Shown in pieces: positions 12,029-24,163 of a DNA stretch of 61,663 bases. Source of the DNA: Coniocarpon cinnabarinum (lineage: Eukaryota); assembly GCA_051942205.1 (NCBI GenBank), contig JAVECO010000054.1, positions 62,001 to 123,663 on the forward strand, written 5' to 3'. The position numbers and the translations under genes are program-made. The notes beneath the pieces were generated by a model. It was not told the DNA's origin. It saw only the letters and a program-made list of their open reading frames with translations, and made no database searches. Position 1 is the first letter of the stretch; every line of letters begins with the position of its first letter.

Positions 12029-13525
12029 ATGGACGCCCTATTGGAGCTTCTTTATGGACCACGAGATGCAGTAAATCAGTCCGTGGCCTCAAGGGATGAT
12101 GTAGTCATTCAGTACGCCGAAAGACTGTCAACCTTGTCAGTATCAGCTCTCACGTCAACGGAGCCTGAGACACTGAGTCATGATCACCAATCTTTACTTC
12201 GCTCGCTCCAAGCTCTTGTCAAGAGATCATACAAATCGGTGAACGCTTCTGCAGAGTCTGTCACCCATCTGCGTCAATCGCTGCCATCGTTGTCAACGAA
12301 TCTCGCAGAGCTGCAAACGTCAATCCCTCGTGTTGAATCCAAGGCGGTTGCATTCTCGGATAAGTATGCCAAACCCACTGAGAACCCTGTACTCGATCGG
12401 CGGAGACGAGCGATGCGACTGGGCGAAAACGTCGACAAGATTTCAGATGTTCTAGAGCTTCCCGCTTTGCTCCAATCGACCATTGCAGCTTCGTCGTCCT
12501 CCACTGGAGGCGCAGGAGCCAGCTCAACATCCACCTCTGCGAACGCTAGCTATGCTCAAGCTTTAGATCTGTACGCGCACATCAAACGTCTGCAGAAGCT
12601 GTATCCAGACTCTGCTATCATTGCTTCAATCAATGATCAGGCAGAGGAGGCGATGAGGGGCATGACCACAAGACTGCTATCATCCTTGCGAGCCCAGAAT
12701 CTGAAGCTGGCTAACGCCATGCGTCTGATAGGACTGCTCCGGAGGGTTGCTCCAGAATTAGAGGAAGGCGCCAATAATCAGGCTGCTGCATGGTCATCAG
12801 GTTCAAATGAGGGTTCACTTGGCTTGCTCTTCCTCGTGAGCCGTCTGATGAACCTCAACACGACATTAGAAGCCTTAGAGCCTCTGCAAGACCTCGCGGA
12901 TCAGGAGACGCAGACTCGTCAGGCTGGTAGAGCTCCTGATGGAGATTGGGCAGCTGGTCAGCAAACCGAGCGATATTTAAAGCGTCATATAGAGGTATTT
13001 CGAGAGCAGTGCTTCGCTATTGTATCAATGTACAAAAGCATTTTCCCCGCATCTCTGGCCGGACCAACGTCCTCTAGCAATGACGAGGAGGACATTCTCA
13101 ACCAAATCGAATCGCCAAATAATTTTCGACGGTCGTCATTGTCGAGCAGTGTTTCGCACGACGACCCCATGCTAAAGATTCCATCTGCCCTCTCCGCGTT
13201 CACTCTGGAACTCGTAGAGGTGTTGTTGACGACTCTAAAAACCTACCTCCCAAACGTCAGGGACCACAGCTCGCGGGATAGCCTCTTGACGCAAGTCTTG
13301 TATTGTGCGGGCAGTCTGGGGCGTCTTGGTGGTGACTTTAGTCTCATGTTGTCTGTACTGCAAGAAGACCTGGAGGCGCACGAAGAGACAAAGCCCGAGC
13401 GGACTCATGAGTGGATCGAGGTCACCCAGAGACACAGAGTACAAGCCGGGCGGTTGGAGTTGCTAGCCTCTGGAGTAGGTAGAGGCAAGCAGAGCAGTGC
13501 GAAAGAAGTGTCTTCCGCCGCATGA
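12029..13525 (+). CDS. COG8: Conserved oligomeric Golgi complex subunit 8 (Dor1-like)
   Basis: 498-aa intronless ORF; DVLELPALL, YAQALDL, YLKR.IEVFREQCFAIVSMY, LLTQVLYCAGSLGRLGGDF. Confidence 0.9.
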   Translation: MDALLELLYGPRDAVNQSVASRDDVVIQYAERLSTLSVSALTSTEPETLSHDHQSLLRSLQALVKRSYKSVNASAESVTHLRQSLPSLSTNLAELQTSIPRVESKAVAFSDKYAKPTENPVLDRRRRAMRLGENVDKISDVLELPALLQSTIAASSSSTGGAGASSTSTSANASYAQALDLYAHIKRLQKLYPDSAIIASINDQAEEAMRGMTTRLLSSLRAQNLKLANAMRLIGLLRRVAPELEEGANNQAAAWSSGSNEGSLGLLFLVSRLMNLNTTLEALEPLQDLADQETQTRQAGRAPDGDWAAGQQTERYLKRHIEVFREQCFAIVSMYKSIFPASLAGPTSSSNDEEDILNQIESPNNFRRSSLSSSVSHDDPMLKIPSALSAFTLELVEVLLTTLKTYLPNVRDHSSRDSLLTQVLYCAGSLGRLGGDFSLMLSVLQEDLEAHEETKPERTHEWIEVTQRHRVQAGRLELLASGVGRGKQSSAKEVSSAA

Positions 13526-13691
13526 AAAGCCTTGACAAGCTCGACAAGTTCAGGATGAGCTGGCTTTCCAATGGGTAAGACGTCTGGACGTGATCGCTCA
13601 AGACAAGTTCGCTCAAACGGTCTAGCAAATAGACTTCATCGAATTACTATCTATTGAACTGGACAAGGTTCAGTGTTGATCAGCAATTACG

Positions 13692-15132
13692 CTACAGCCT
13701 TGGTCTGGGCTTCATGCCACCGTCACCATAATTAGTAGCTTGACTGCTACCAGACACACTGAAATCATAACGAGCATTGAGCACATATGGCTCATCGCCA
13801 GGCCCGAAGATCTGATGGGGTTGGCGACCCCACTCGGGCTGGTTGATACCATCAATCCAGTCTTGAACCTCCAAGACGACACATCCGTATTTTGGTACGG
13901 TGCGGACAGAGTCTGTGCCCTGAGTTTCTTTCACAGTCACGGTGCCGTTCTGTCCACCACAGCTGTAAACCTGGAATGCGTGCTGGTCGGTGAAGACGTT
14001 CACATTGATGCCGGTAAAGTCAGAAGACAGCGTCGCCACTGGTCCCTCGAGTTGCCAGTCGTATTGGTCAAGTGCATCACGCGCATTGAAGAGGAAGCAC
14101 GTATCGTACCCGGTGCATCCTGTTCCACAGTTGCCAAGACCCGGGTCGCCGGGTGAGCTGAAGTTTGCCCCAACCTGCTTGGGTGACGTGCGGAAGTCAT
14201 TGAAGCTGTACGGTTGGATGGCTGCGACGTCACCTGTGGGAATGAGATCGCCGTCGACGTAGATGCGTTGGCCAGAGTAAGGCAGACTGAGGGTATGATT
14301 CAAGGCCGTGCCGTTCGTTGCTGGGTTCTGGAAAGCATCCAAGTTCCAATACGTGTGCGAGCTCAGCATGATTGGCGTGGTCTTGGTAGTGGGGAACGCA
14401 AGCATGCGAATGTGCCATGAGTAGGGTGTGAGCGTGTACGTCACGTAGGAGATGACTTCCCCAGGGAAGCCTTCTGCACCATCTGGGTCGACGATAGAGA
14501 AGGTGATCGAATCAGTCGTATGTGCGGTGACCTGCAAGAGAAAGTTAGCCTGCCATCTGCTTGCTGAACGCAATGCCACGAGTGGCAGGTATGAGACTTA
14601 CGGTCCAGTTGCGCCAATCCCAGCCGCGGAGACCACCATGAAGCGCGTCCTCGCCCGGCTCGCCAACATGCTCGTTCGGCGTTATGTGATACGTCTCGCC
14701 ATCGAGGTCGAATGTGGCGTTTTTGATGCGATTTGCATATCGACCGGGAACGGCCCCGAAATGAGGGTGCTGGCCATCTTCCGTGTAGTACGTCGCGTTG
14801 TCCCAGCCGAGGACGATGTCGCGCTCCACACCATTGGTATCATTGATGAAGAGGTTGGAGATGGAGGCGCCGTACGGGACGAATTGAGCGCGAATACCCT
14901 CAGCGGAGATGGTGTATTTACCATCGTCTGTCTGTGACGAATTGTCAACACCTTTCGTGCAATCTTGTGAGCTATCGCAGCCCATGTTTCTCGTACGTAC
15001 GGCGTTAGTCCCATTGCCAGCGAGAGGCTCGCCCAGGGCACCGAGCATGGCCGGGGCCGTGACTTGAGGCCCCTGTGCAGCGGCGAGGCCGGCAGCTCCA
15101 GCAAGGAGCAAGGACTGGATGGAGCTCCGCAT
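13692..15132 (-). CDS. Secreted aldose 1-epimerase (galactose mutarotase family); 2 introns
   Basis: Signal peptide MRSSIQSLLLAGAAGLAAA; FGAVPGRYANRIKN, LHGG, EGFPG, SSHTYWNL, GYDTC, VLEVQDWID. Confidence 0.93.
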
Positions 15133-15338
15133 GGTGACAGCAGTGATGGACAAAGTGCTCCTTGAGGGATGTTGGATACACGACACTGGCGGAGGATACT
15201 GTCGCTCGCCTGGGATACGAGCAGAGCAGCAGGGCAGGCGCAGGTAGGGAAGAGAGAGGAATTTAAGATGAAGCTCGATCCAGTCATTTCGCGACTGGAT
15301 CCCAATGACACCAGTCTGGTACACATGCCGGCTGGACT

Positions 15339-15422
15339 GCGGAGTCTTGGCGAATCACGGGCGGCGGGGGAGGGCGGCCTGACTCGCGGTCTGGAGGTTC
15401 ACGTGGGGGAGGGCGTGTGGAG
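15339..15422. promoter_or_regulatory. Cluster of putative CreA/Cre1 carbon-catabolite repression sites upstream of the aldose epimerase
   Basis: Five SYGGRG matches (15339, 15364, 15391, 15403, 15417) 200-290 bp upstream of the ATG; short motif in G-rich DNA, so may be chance. Confidence 0.35.
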
Positions 15423-16186
15423 CACCCTGGTCGCTTTCCCATTCCCAAATTACCAATCCATCCTCAGACGGGTTCTGGTCCTCTGCAAGCATCAGTCGAC
15501 TATAAGGCTTCACTGCCGACAGTCAACTCCTCACCGTCGTCCAGGTCCAGGCAGCTGCAGTGAAGCCATCTCCGCCGAGACTGTGCGGCAGCGTGGCTCC
15601 CCAGTACGAATTGACAGCACCTGTCAGCCTCATGCTTCTAGCGTCAGAGTCGTTCTTCCTACTGCCTGTCTTGGCGATCGCTGCTGGTCCGGGCGCCGTC
15701 TCTCCCGCCTGTGACATCATCCAATTCTTCCTGCGGCCTGCATGGTGCAGATAGTATGCTTCCCTTCGATGTATGACAAGTCTCCTTCTTTGTCTGCTGG
15801 TGCATTGTTCGATTTTCTCAATGGAATAGGTTGTGACAAGGCACCACAAGCTGTCAGCCTAGACCTGCCCGCAGCCGCTCTGAATGGTGTTACGGTGTCT
15901 TAGTACCTCCTCTCATCGAAAAAGAATTCTGTGTACACTACGCAACATGTTTGCCCACCCTAGCGAACTTGTGGGGTACAGAACCAAAGGAATTTGCTTA
16001 CCCATTCTGTGCAAGCGATTACCGTGATGTCCAACCTTTTCAATGCATAGAGGGATGTTCATGCGTCCATCTTACAAGCCATCTTTATCTAGAAAGTATA
16101 CGTCTTCATGAAATTGTCATTGTGAACACAATGCCATGCTGGGTCAATTAGCGTTGAGCTGAGTCCATAGGCGCGCTGGCCGAGTT

Positions 16187-16215
16187 AAAAAAAAGAAAAG
16201 AAAAAAAAAAGAAAA
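16187..16215. repeat. Poly(A)-rich tract
   Basis: Run of A interrupted by single G residues. Confidence 0.8.
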
Positions 16216-18346
16216 CCACACACTTCGTCTCTGAGCGAAACTGGAACAGAATTTGTCTTCTTACTGAGCTACTGTTGGACGTAAGGCCATTTGCAGCCCT
16301 TATTTGAGATTAGCAGCGAGGCTCTAGCACAGGCACTGCCATGAACCGAGTACGATAAGAGTCTACGCAATCATTTGATGAAGCTTAGAATACTCTTCTT
16401 GCCACTGCCCAGGCTAACTGTTTAATCTGGGGGATGTGTCGGTGAACGTATGCCACCGGATTAAAATGAAACAAAGTGCAACCCAGGGTCATGACGAGGA
16501 CGTTGGGCTGTCTGCTGCCATAAATATATCGGTACTGCGATAGTGAGCGATGAGAAAACTCGAAAGCGCACGAGATTTAGTATCAGGAATCACGGCGTAA
16601 ACGCAGGATTTCGTCAGCACTCTTGGATACGACCCTCCCTTCAAATGATCTAAGTTAAGGTGTGCACCGACCTTGGTGTAGCTCTCAGAAATCAAGCAGT
16701 CGCGCCGGCTGGCTTGTGTAAGGTTGTGCACACTGGACGAGAGAGGGTAAAGGAACTTAGAGCAAGGGCACTAAACAGCGCCGTAGGCCAAGCGCGTCAC
16801 CAGAAAGCTGCATGCGGCGAAAGTTTGGTGCGTCGGGTGTCCCACTTGGGAAAAAGCTGCATGCAGCGTATTTACTTGAGGGAGCCGCAAGGTCGCTACG
16901 CCGGATAGACCAAGTTCCGAGGCGGCAGTGTGCCTCCGCTGAATCCGCTCCAGTCGCCCGGCGGTCAAGCTGCCTGTTGACTGCGATGTCGTGGACAGGA
17001 CAAGCCGGCCAGATACTACCTACATGCAAGCTCTGGCTGCAGGCTCGCGGAAGTTGAGGTAGATAGCCTTGTGCCCTGGAGTGAAGAACGAAAAAAATGA
17101 ATACTTGCAGGCGATGGGCATCATGGCGTTGCCCGAAGCGCAAGCCATTGGTTGGGGGCGGAGCAGCATGAGAGGAGGGAGATTGCAGGTGGTGATTCGT
17201 TCAGGGATGCAGAGTGGCAGAGTCCGCATCCATCCATCACTCTATCACTCCCACACCCTGACAACACCCGCCCTTTCGGCTGATGTGTGTGCACTTCGCA
17301 CGCTGACCAACGGGAACGGAGGCCCGCACCCCGTCGGCATTCCCAACGTGGAGACGGCTTTCGTCACTCCTCGCCGCCTGGAGCTGCTCACACTCAACAC
17401 CGCGCACTAACATCTTGCATAGATCCTCCGTGAATTGTACACACATCCCAGCGTATGTCTCCGACTAAGTCCGCCGGGGTTGTGGCTGCTTATCCCACGA
17501 GCTGTCGTGTCCGGGTCTTGGCGCTCGCGAATAGCTGGAGCTCCCTACCGAATACCTGATTTGTGTCGCAATGCGCGATGCAGGTACGCATACTCCGTAG
17601 TGACTCACGGTCAGCCACGGAGTCCTTCCCTCTTCTCCACCCAGCCAGCGAAGACTCACACTCTCTGACTGCATACGCATGCAGTGGTCGCAATGGGTCT
17701 GGGGGGAAGCATTATGCCGTCCCAGGTGTGTGTCATCTGGTGCGTCAGCCCATGAACGTGGACCGAGTAAGATCAACGACGCAGCACGTCCATAGCAACA
17801 CCAGCCAACGTGCCAGGCCGTGGACCCTCCGCCGTACTTTATTCCGCCTTAGTCCGATTTCAGCCTCCACACGCGCCAATCAACGCCCCTGCTGCCCTCT
17901 GTTTTGGCTGCGGTTGACTCGATTGATTTCAAAGACGACTCTGGCGTCACCGCTTCCGCTTGCTTTTTTTTGTGCGCCTGGGCGTGCTCATATGAACAGC
18001 ACCTTCGCCCTCTGCTCACCGCATCGTCCTGTCATTATTCCTCTCATCTCGCGTGCGTGCTGCGTCTGGCCCGCTCGTTCGATCCTTCCATCGCGGTTGA
18101 ACTACAGCACCAAGTTTCTCCGGGCCAATTGGGCCTTTGGTGCTACGCTGCACTTGTGATCCCTCGATCAGTGAGGTGCGATCTGCAGGCACGGACTTTT
18201 GCCGATCACCGTTCGTTACCTCCGTGACCATCAACAGAAATAAATTTAGTGCTTCGGGCTCGCCTGCACAACTCTCTTCTCTGGAATCTGCTCCCTTGCT
18301 CTCTTTGCGAAGCTGCATCGACTCGGCACACCGTCGGCTTTCCACC

Positions 18347-21300
18347 ATGTGGTCGGGGTCACCAGCCATTGAACGTAAAGAGGCGCAACCTGACCAGGGC
18401 CGCATTCCCCTCCACAATACCGAGGAGCACGTAGAGCCCATAGAAGAAGTCGCCGAATCAGACTCTACCCGTGTTCCGAGTAGAACTGGTCAAACTCGGC
18501 CTGAATCGGGTCTGTGGGGTGAGCGAGATGTCGGGGGTCCCGTCAATGAAACTCAGGCGAGGGAGGATTTCGAGACGCTTCGCCGAGAACTGACAAACTT
18601 ATCCACCAACAACAAGTCCACCACGTCTCTGAAGTCCAAAAAGTCAGCCAAGTCACTCAAGTCGAAGCAGTCGAAACGATCACTCTCAAAGGTCCGCAGC
18701 CATCCCGCGGAAGCCCGTCGCGTCCAGTCGTCTGGTACGGTGTTGAGCAAAGAGACCGACGGCAAAGAGACCGAAGATGGTGACTTCGACGAGGAAGCAG
18801 CCGAAGAAGAGGAAGACTTCGCTCTGGATGACTTTATGCGCGAGGGTCACTTCGAGAAGCGCAGTGAAGGTCATTCAGCGAAGCGTATTGGCGTGGTATA
18901 CAAGCATCTTACGGTGAAAGGCATCGGCACAGCTGCTTCTTTCGTCAGAACTGTACCTGATGCCGTGCTCGGCACTTTCGGACCAGACCTGTACAATCTG
19001 CTTTGCCGGTTTTTCCCAGTTCTTCGCTTCGGACAGGGACAGTTACGGACACTCGTGAATGACTTTACGGGTGTGGTTCGAGATGGCGAGATGTTGCTGG
19101 TCCTCGGCCGTCCTGGTGCTGGCTGCTCGACCTTCTTGAAGGCCCTTGCTAACGACCGAAAAGCCTACGCGCAAGTTACTGGAGACGTCAGCTACGGTGG
19201 CATTCCTGCAGATAAGCAAAGAGAGATGTATCGGGGTGAGGTCAATTACAACCCAGAAGACGATGTGCACATGCCCAATCTCAACGTGTGGCAAACCTTT
19301 GTGTTCGCCTTGCTCAACAAGACAAGAAAACGGGAGAAGGGCGAGATCCCAACCGTTGCCAATGCCCTTATGCGAATGTTTGGTATTTCTCATACAAGAA
19401 ATACGTTGGTTGGCAATGAGTTTGTGCGCGGCATCTCTGGTGGCGAGCGAAAACGTGTGTCGATTGCAGAAACGCTGGCAACGAAAAGTACAGTGCTCTG
19501 CTGGGATAACTCCACACGAGGCCTTGATGCTAGTACTGCTCTTGACTATGCTAAATCTCTCCGCATCATGACGGATGTTAGCAACAAAGCGACCATCACT
19601 ACGCTCTACCAAGCTGGTGAAAACATCTATCAGCAGATGGACAAGGTTCTCGTCATCGATGATGGCAAGTGCATCTTCCAAGGCCCTGCGAATGAAGCTC
19701 GTCAATATTTCATCGATCTTGGTTATCATGCTCCTGAGCGACAGACCACTGCCGACTTCCTCACCGCGTGTACGGATCCCAATGAGCGAAGGTTTCGCGA
19801 TGGGTTTGAACGCCGTGCACCGAAGACTGGCAAAGAACTTGAAGCCGCTTACTTGAACAGTTCTCACTATCAGCGAGTCCTTCGAGAGGTCGACTCATAT
19901 GAGAAGGAAATGCAAGAAAATAATTTCTCTTCTCGGCAAGAATTTGAAGAAGCCGTGCGCGCCGGCAAGAGTCACAGAACTGTCTCTAAGAAGTCGCCAT
20001 ACACCGTTAGCTTCCCTCGCCAAGTCCTGGCCTGCGCCAGGCGTGAGTTCTGGCTTATTGCGGGTGACACCACCACGCTATATACCAAGGCATTCGTCAT
20101 TGTCGCGAACGGCTTCATTGTTGGCTCTCTGTTTTACGGAGAATCTCTTGACTCCACCGGTGCCTTCCCACGTGGCGGCGCACTGTTCTTTGCTATTCTT
20201 TTCCTGGGATGGCTTCAACTCACGGAATTGATGAAGGCTGTGACCGGCCGCAACGTCGTCGCTCGACAACACGAATACGCCCTCTACCGCCCATCGGCGG
20301 TTACCATTGCGCGTGTCCTGGTTGACTTCCCAATCCTCCTTCCCCAGGTCCTGGTATTTGCCATCATTATGTACTTCATGTGCTCGCTGGACGTCGATGT
20401 CTCCAAATTTTTCATCTACTGTCTCTTCGTCTACACCACGACCATTCTACTAACCTCGTTGTATCGTATGTTCGCAGCATTGTCTCCAGCTATTGACGAT
20501 GCCGTTCGGTTCTCAGGTATTTCGCTCAACTTACTCATCATCTACACCGGTTATGTGATCCCGAAGCCGCTTCTCACCAGTCAATACATCTGGTTCGGAT
20601 GGCTGTACTACATTAACCCGCTGTCGTATTCCTACGAAGCTGTTCAGGCTAATGAGTTCGCTAATCGCGATATTCCTTGCAATCCTGCACAGTTGGTTCC
20701 CCAACAAGTACCAGGTGGCCCGCCGATCGATCCAGCACATCAGAGTTGCAGTCTCGTGGGCTCTGGCATTGATCAAACAGTCGTTCCTGGATCGCAGTAC
20801 ATTGGCTCGAACTACAGCTACACACGTGGTCACCTTTGGAGGAATTTCGGCGTTGTGATAGCTTTCTCTGTGCTTTACATCCTCGTCACTGCCGTTGCCA
20901 TGGAAGTATTCAACTTCGCACAGCAAGGTGGCGGCGCTATGGTATTTGCAAAAAATAAGCGCTCCAAAGCCGCCGTCAAAAATGCAACCCCACGCCCTGG
21001 TGATGCGGAGAAGGGCGTCCATTCCGACGACAGTGCTTCATCAAGTGAACGAACAGGCAATACGCTTGAACTTGAGAAGGGTGGTATGGCCGAAACGCAT
21101 GCACTTGCGAAAGTCTACACGAGCCAGAGAATCTTCACTTGGGAAAATGTGAATTACAGCGTTCCTACTGGGCAAGGCATGCGGCAACTACTCAACAGCG
21201 TCGATGGCTACTGCAAGCCAGGTGTCATGGTTGCACTCATGGGCGCGTCCGGGGCTGGCAAGACGACACTCCTCAACACTTTGGCCCAACGTCAGTTCAT

Positions 21301-23128
21301 GGGGGTGGTGAGTGGAGACATGCTGGTCGACGGGAAAAGTCCTGAGTCGACGTTTGCTCGATCGACTGGATTTTGCGAGCAGATGGACATCCATGATGAT
21401 TCGGCCACAATTCGCGAAGCACTGGAATTCTCGGCATTGCTCCGCCAGGACCGTAACATACCCAGGAAAGAGAAGCTTTCCTACGTTGACACCGTCATCG
21501 ACCTCCTCGAACTGAATGAGATCCAGGACGCTGTCATCAGCTGTCTCGGCGTTGAACAGCGGAAGCGACTTACGATTGGCGTCGAGCTGGCCGCGCGACC
21601 GTCGCTTCTGCTCTTCCTGGATGAGCCTACCTCTGGTCTTGACAGCCAATCTGCTTATTCCATCGTGCGATTCTTGAGAAAGCTGGCGCAGGCCGGCCAA
21701 GCCATTTTATGTACAGTGCATCAGCCGAGTTCAGTCTTGATTCAACAGTTCGATATGATCCTTGCTCTTAACCCGGGAGGGCAAACCTTCTACTGGGGTC
21801 CCGTCGGTCACGAAGGTTCCGCTGTCACTAAATATTTCGCTGACCGTGGCTTTGAGTGCCCGCCTAAAAAGAACGTAGCAGAATTTCTGCTCGAGACCGC
21901 GGCCAAGAGCCGACGACGCGCAGATGGCACGAAGATTGATTGGAACGAAGAATGGCGCAAGTCTGATGAGGCTCAAGGCCTCAAAGACGAGATCCAGGCG
22001 ATCAAGCGAGGGCGTGCCCAGGAACCCGGTCCTGCTGAAGGTACCAACCACGAATTTGCAGCTCCTGTCAGGACTCAAACTCTGGAACTCACCAAGAGAA
22101 TCTTCCGTCAACACTGGCGCAACACTTCTTACTGGTACGGCAAACTGTTCTCCGCGGTGCTTGTTGGTATCTTCAACGGCTTCACCTTTTGGCGACTAGG
22201 GAACTCTACTATCGACATGCAGCTCCGCATGTTCACGTCCTTTCTGGTCCTGACTCTTCCGCCAACCGTGGTCAATGCTGTGGTACCCAAGTTCTTTCAA
22301 AACATGATGTTGTGGATGGTTCGTGAGTACCCATCCCGCATCTACGGCTGGTTTGCATTTACCACAGCACAAGTCGTTGGTGAGATTCCGATCGCCATCT
22401 TCAGCAGCGTGCTCTACTGGGTTCTGTGGTATTGGCCGTCTATGTCCGCGCAATCTCATGACACGGAGTCATCCACCGCGGGCTATGTGTTCCTCATGGT
22501 GATGCTTTTCTTCTTGTTCATGTCCAGTTGGGGTCAGTGGATCACCGCCTTTGCTCCAAGCTTCACCGTCATCTCTAACGTGATGCCATTCTTCTTCGTC
22601 ATGTTCTCCTTGTTCAACGGAGTGATCCGGCCATGGGCTGGTTTGCCAGTGTTCTGGAGATACTGGATGTACTACGTCAACCCGAGTACCTGGTGGATTG
22701 GAGGTGTGCTGGCTGCTGTGCTTCACGATGTTCCAGTCATTTGCGCCGACAACGAATATGCGAGGTTCACGCCCCCAGCTGGGCAGACCTGTCAAGGATA
22801 TGCAGGGGCTTTTGTCAACGCTTCGACCGGCTACATGACCGAGGGTGTAACGAATGGCCAGACCGTCTGCAACTTTTGCCAGTACAACAGCGGCGACGAC
22901 TACCTGCAATCTCTCAACATTTCAGCCGGCGACAAGTGGCGCGACTTTGGAATCTTCTTGGTCTTCGTCTTCACGAATTACATGTTGGTGTACTTCTTCA
23001 TCTGGTCGTGCCGAGTGAAGCATTGGGGCTTTGGGATGGGATACCTGTTTGGCGGTCTCGGCAAGATGTGGGATTTGATGATACTGCCATTCAAAAAGTT
23101 GGCCGCCCGTCGCAGCCCATCGTCCTAG
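18347..23128 (+). CDS. Full-size PDR (ABCG) multidrug transporter, AtrF/Snq2-like; intronless
   Basis: NBD1 GRPGAGCST, ISGGERKRVSIAE, CWDNSTRGLD; NBD2 GASGAGKTT, LGVEQRKRLTIGVEL, LFLDEPTSGLD; (NBD-TMD)x2 topology; first in-frame ATG (ccaccATG) at 18347. Confidence 0.96.
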   Translation: MWSGSPAIERKEAQPDQGRIPLHNTEEHVEPIEEVAESDSTRVPSRTGQTRPESGLWGERDVGGPVNETQAREDFETLRRELTNLSTNNKSTTSLKSKKSAKSLKSKQSKRSLSKVRSHPAEARRVQSSGTVLSKETDGKETEDGDFDEEAAEEEEDFALDDFMREGHFEKRSEGHSAKRIGVVYKHLTVKGIGTAASFVRTVPDAVLGTFGPDLYNLLCRFFPVLRFGQGQLRTLVNDFTGVVRDGEMLLVLGRPGAGCSTFLKALANDRKAYAQVTGDVSYGGIPADKQREMYRGEVNYNPEDDVHMPNLNVWQTFVFALLNKTRKREKGEIPTVANALMRMFGISHTRNTLVGNEFVRGISGGERKRVSIAETLATKSTVLCWDNSTRGLDASTALDYAKSLRIMTDVSNKATITTLYQAGENIYQQMDKVLVIDDGKCIFQGPANEARQYFIDLGYHAPERQTTADFLTACTDPNERRFRDGFERRAPKTGKELEAAYLNSSHYQRVLREVDSYEKEMQENNFSSRQEFEEAVRAGKSHRTVSKKSPYTVSFPRQVLACARREFWLIAGDTTTLYTKAFVIVANGFIVGSLFYGESLDSTGAFPRGGALFFAILFLGWLQLTELMKAVTGRNVVARQHEYALYRPSAVTIARVLVDFPILLPQVLVFAIIMYFMCSLDVDVSKFFIYCLFVYTTTILLTSLYRMFAALSPAIDDAVRFSGISLNLLIIYTGYVIPKPLLTSQYIWFGWLYYINPLSYSYEAVQANEFANRDIPCNPAQLVPQQVPGGPPIDPAHQSCSLVGSGIDQTVVPGSQYIGSNYSYTRGHLWRNFGVVIAFSVLYILVTAVAMEVFNFAQQGGGAMVFAKNKRSKAAVKNATPRPGDAEKGVHSDDSASSSERTGNTLELEKGGMAETHALAKVYTSQRIFTWENVNYSVPTGQGMRQLLNSVDGYCKPGVMVALMGASGAGKTTLLNTLAQRQFMGVVSGDMLVDGKSPESTFARSTGFCEQMDIHDDSATIREALEFSALLRQDRNIPRKEKLSYVDTVIDLLELNEIQDAVISCLGVEQRKRLTIGVELAARPSLLLFLDEPTSGLDSQSAYSIVRFLRKLAQAGQAILCTVHQPSSVLIQQFDMILALNPGGQTFYWGPVGHEGSAVTKYFADRGFECPPKKNVAEFLLETAAKSRRRADGTKIDWNEEWRKSDEAQGLKDEIQAIKRGRAQEPGPAEGTNHEFAAPVRTQTLELTKRIFRQHWRNTSYWYGKLFSAVLVGIFNGFTFWRLGNSTIDMQLRMFTSFLVLTLPPTVVNAVVPKFFQNMMLWMVREYPSRIYGWFAFTTAQVVGEIPIAIFSSVLYWVLWYWPSMSAQSHDTESSTAGYVFLMVMLFFLFMSSWGQWITAFAPSFTVISNVMPFFFVMFSLFNGVIRPWAGLPVFWRYWMYYVNPSTWWIGGVLAAVLHDVPVICADNEYARFTPPAGQTCQGYAGAFVNASTGYMTEGVTNGQTVCNFCQYNSGDDYLQSLNISAGDKWRDFGIFLVFVFTNYMLVYFFIWSCRVKHWGFGMGYLFGGLGKMWDLMILPFKKLAARRSPSS

Positions 23129-24163
23129 GCACTTCACATGCGGGGCTGCAGCTCGTCCGGCGAGAGGAGGGAAGAAAAGAAACAGAACAGACGGGCTTTT
23201 GCAGAACGCATAGGTATATGACCCCGGGGGGTGTCTTATTGCATGGGATAGGAATTAGAGAATATTGTATGTGCATAGATTATTATGATGTGCTTTAATG
23301 AGGAATTGCATCTACACGCGACTTGAGCTACTCTCAGGACTGATGCACACTGCGTTCTTGAAGCTATACTGGCTTTGTCAGCGTACGAACGAGCGAGCGG
23401 ACGAGGAGAAAGTGCCGGCCATGTGTGCAAAAGTCACCTAGAGACCGAGGCGAAGGGTTGGCCCGGCCTAGACTGCGCCCACGGAGCGCCAAGGCGAGCG
23501 CAAAGTGCAAGGGGCCGTATCGGGCTCTGTCTCTTTCCTCCACCGCCTGACTTTCCCCTTTCCTCACCTCACCTCGCCCTCCGAATATCCCGCTTCAGGC
23601 GCTCTCCAAGGCCCCCAACGGTGTCGGTGCAAGCATGGCAATCCCAGGCGTCTGTGATCTGGAGCAGTCCATGCAGACTTTCCATATGCTTGTTGGGCCC
23701 CATCGATCGCTCCGGACACGGGCCTCGAGTTCCTTTCCCTTCAATTGTCAGCCCACCTTCTGCATCAGCCTCATCACCCTCCTCATCCCCTTTTCCAACT
23801 CACAAGCCAATTTATAGCTGTCATTGAAATATCAACAATCGCTTCGTAGCGGCTGAACTGGTCTGTCCCAAATTGTGTCCAGGTCATTCGTACTTTCTTT
23901 CGTTTTCAGCCCTCTTTCATATATTCCCGCGTAGTTTTCCTCGTGCTCCGAGAGCAAGATATCTTGACCCTATCACCAAGCATAGCCATTGCGCGTCTGA
24001 AGAGTACTCGCTGAACAATGTCTCTCCGGGGCTAGCCGCACGTTTTCCACGGCCATGCTTTCGATGTTTCTGCTTGCGGCGTTTTGGAGTAGCGCAGCAT
24101 TGACAATTAAAACACGCTCAATTTCGACTCAGTTCTAACATTTTTTTTTTTGCTACGGAATGA

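Noticed and set aside
14932..15000. 69-nt in-frame stop-free intron in the aldose epimerase
   Set aside because: Canonical signals, falls in a linker after the signal peptide; expected by chance
18137..18346. 70-codon N-terminal extension of the PDR ORF in the ORF track
   Set aside because: Starts at a non-ATG codon; first ATG in good context is 18347
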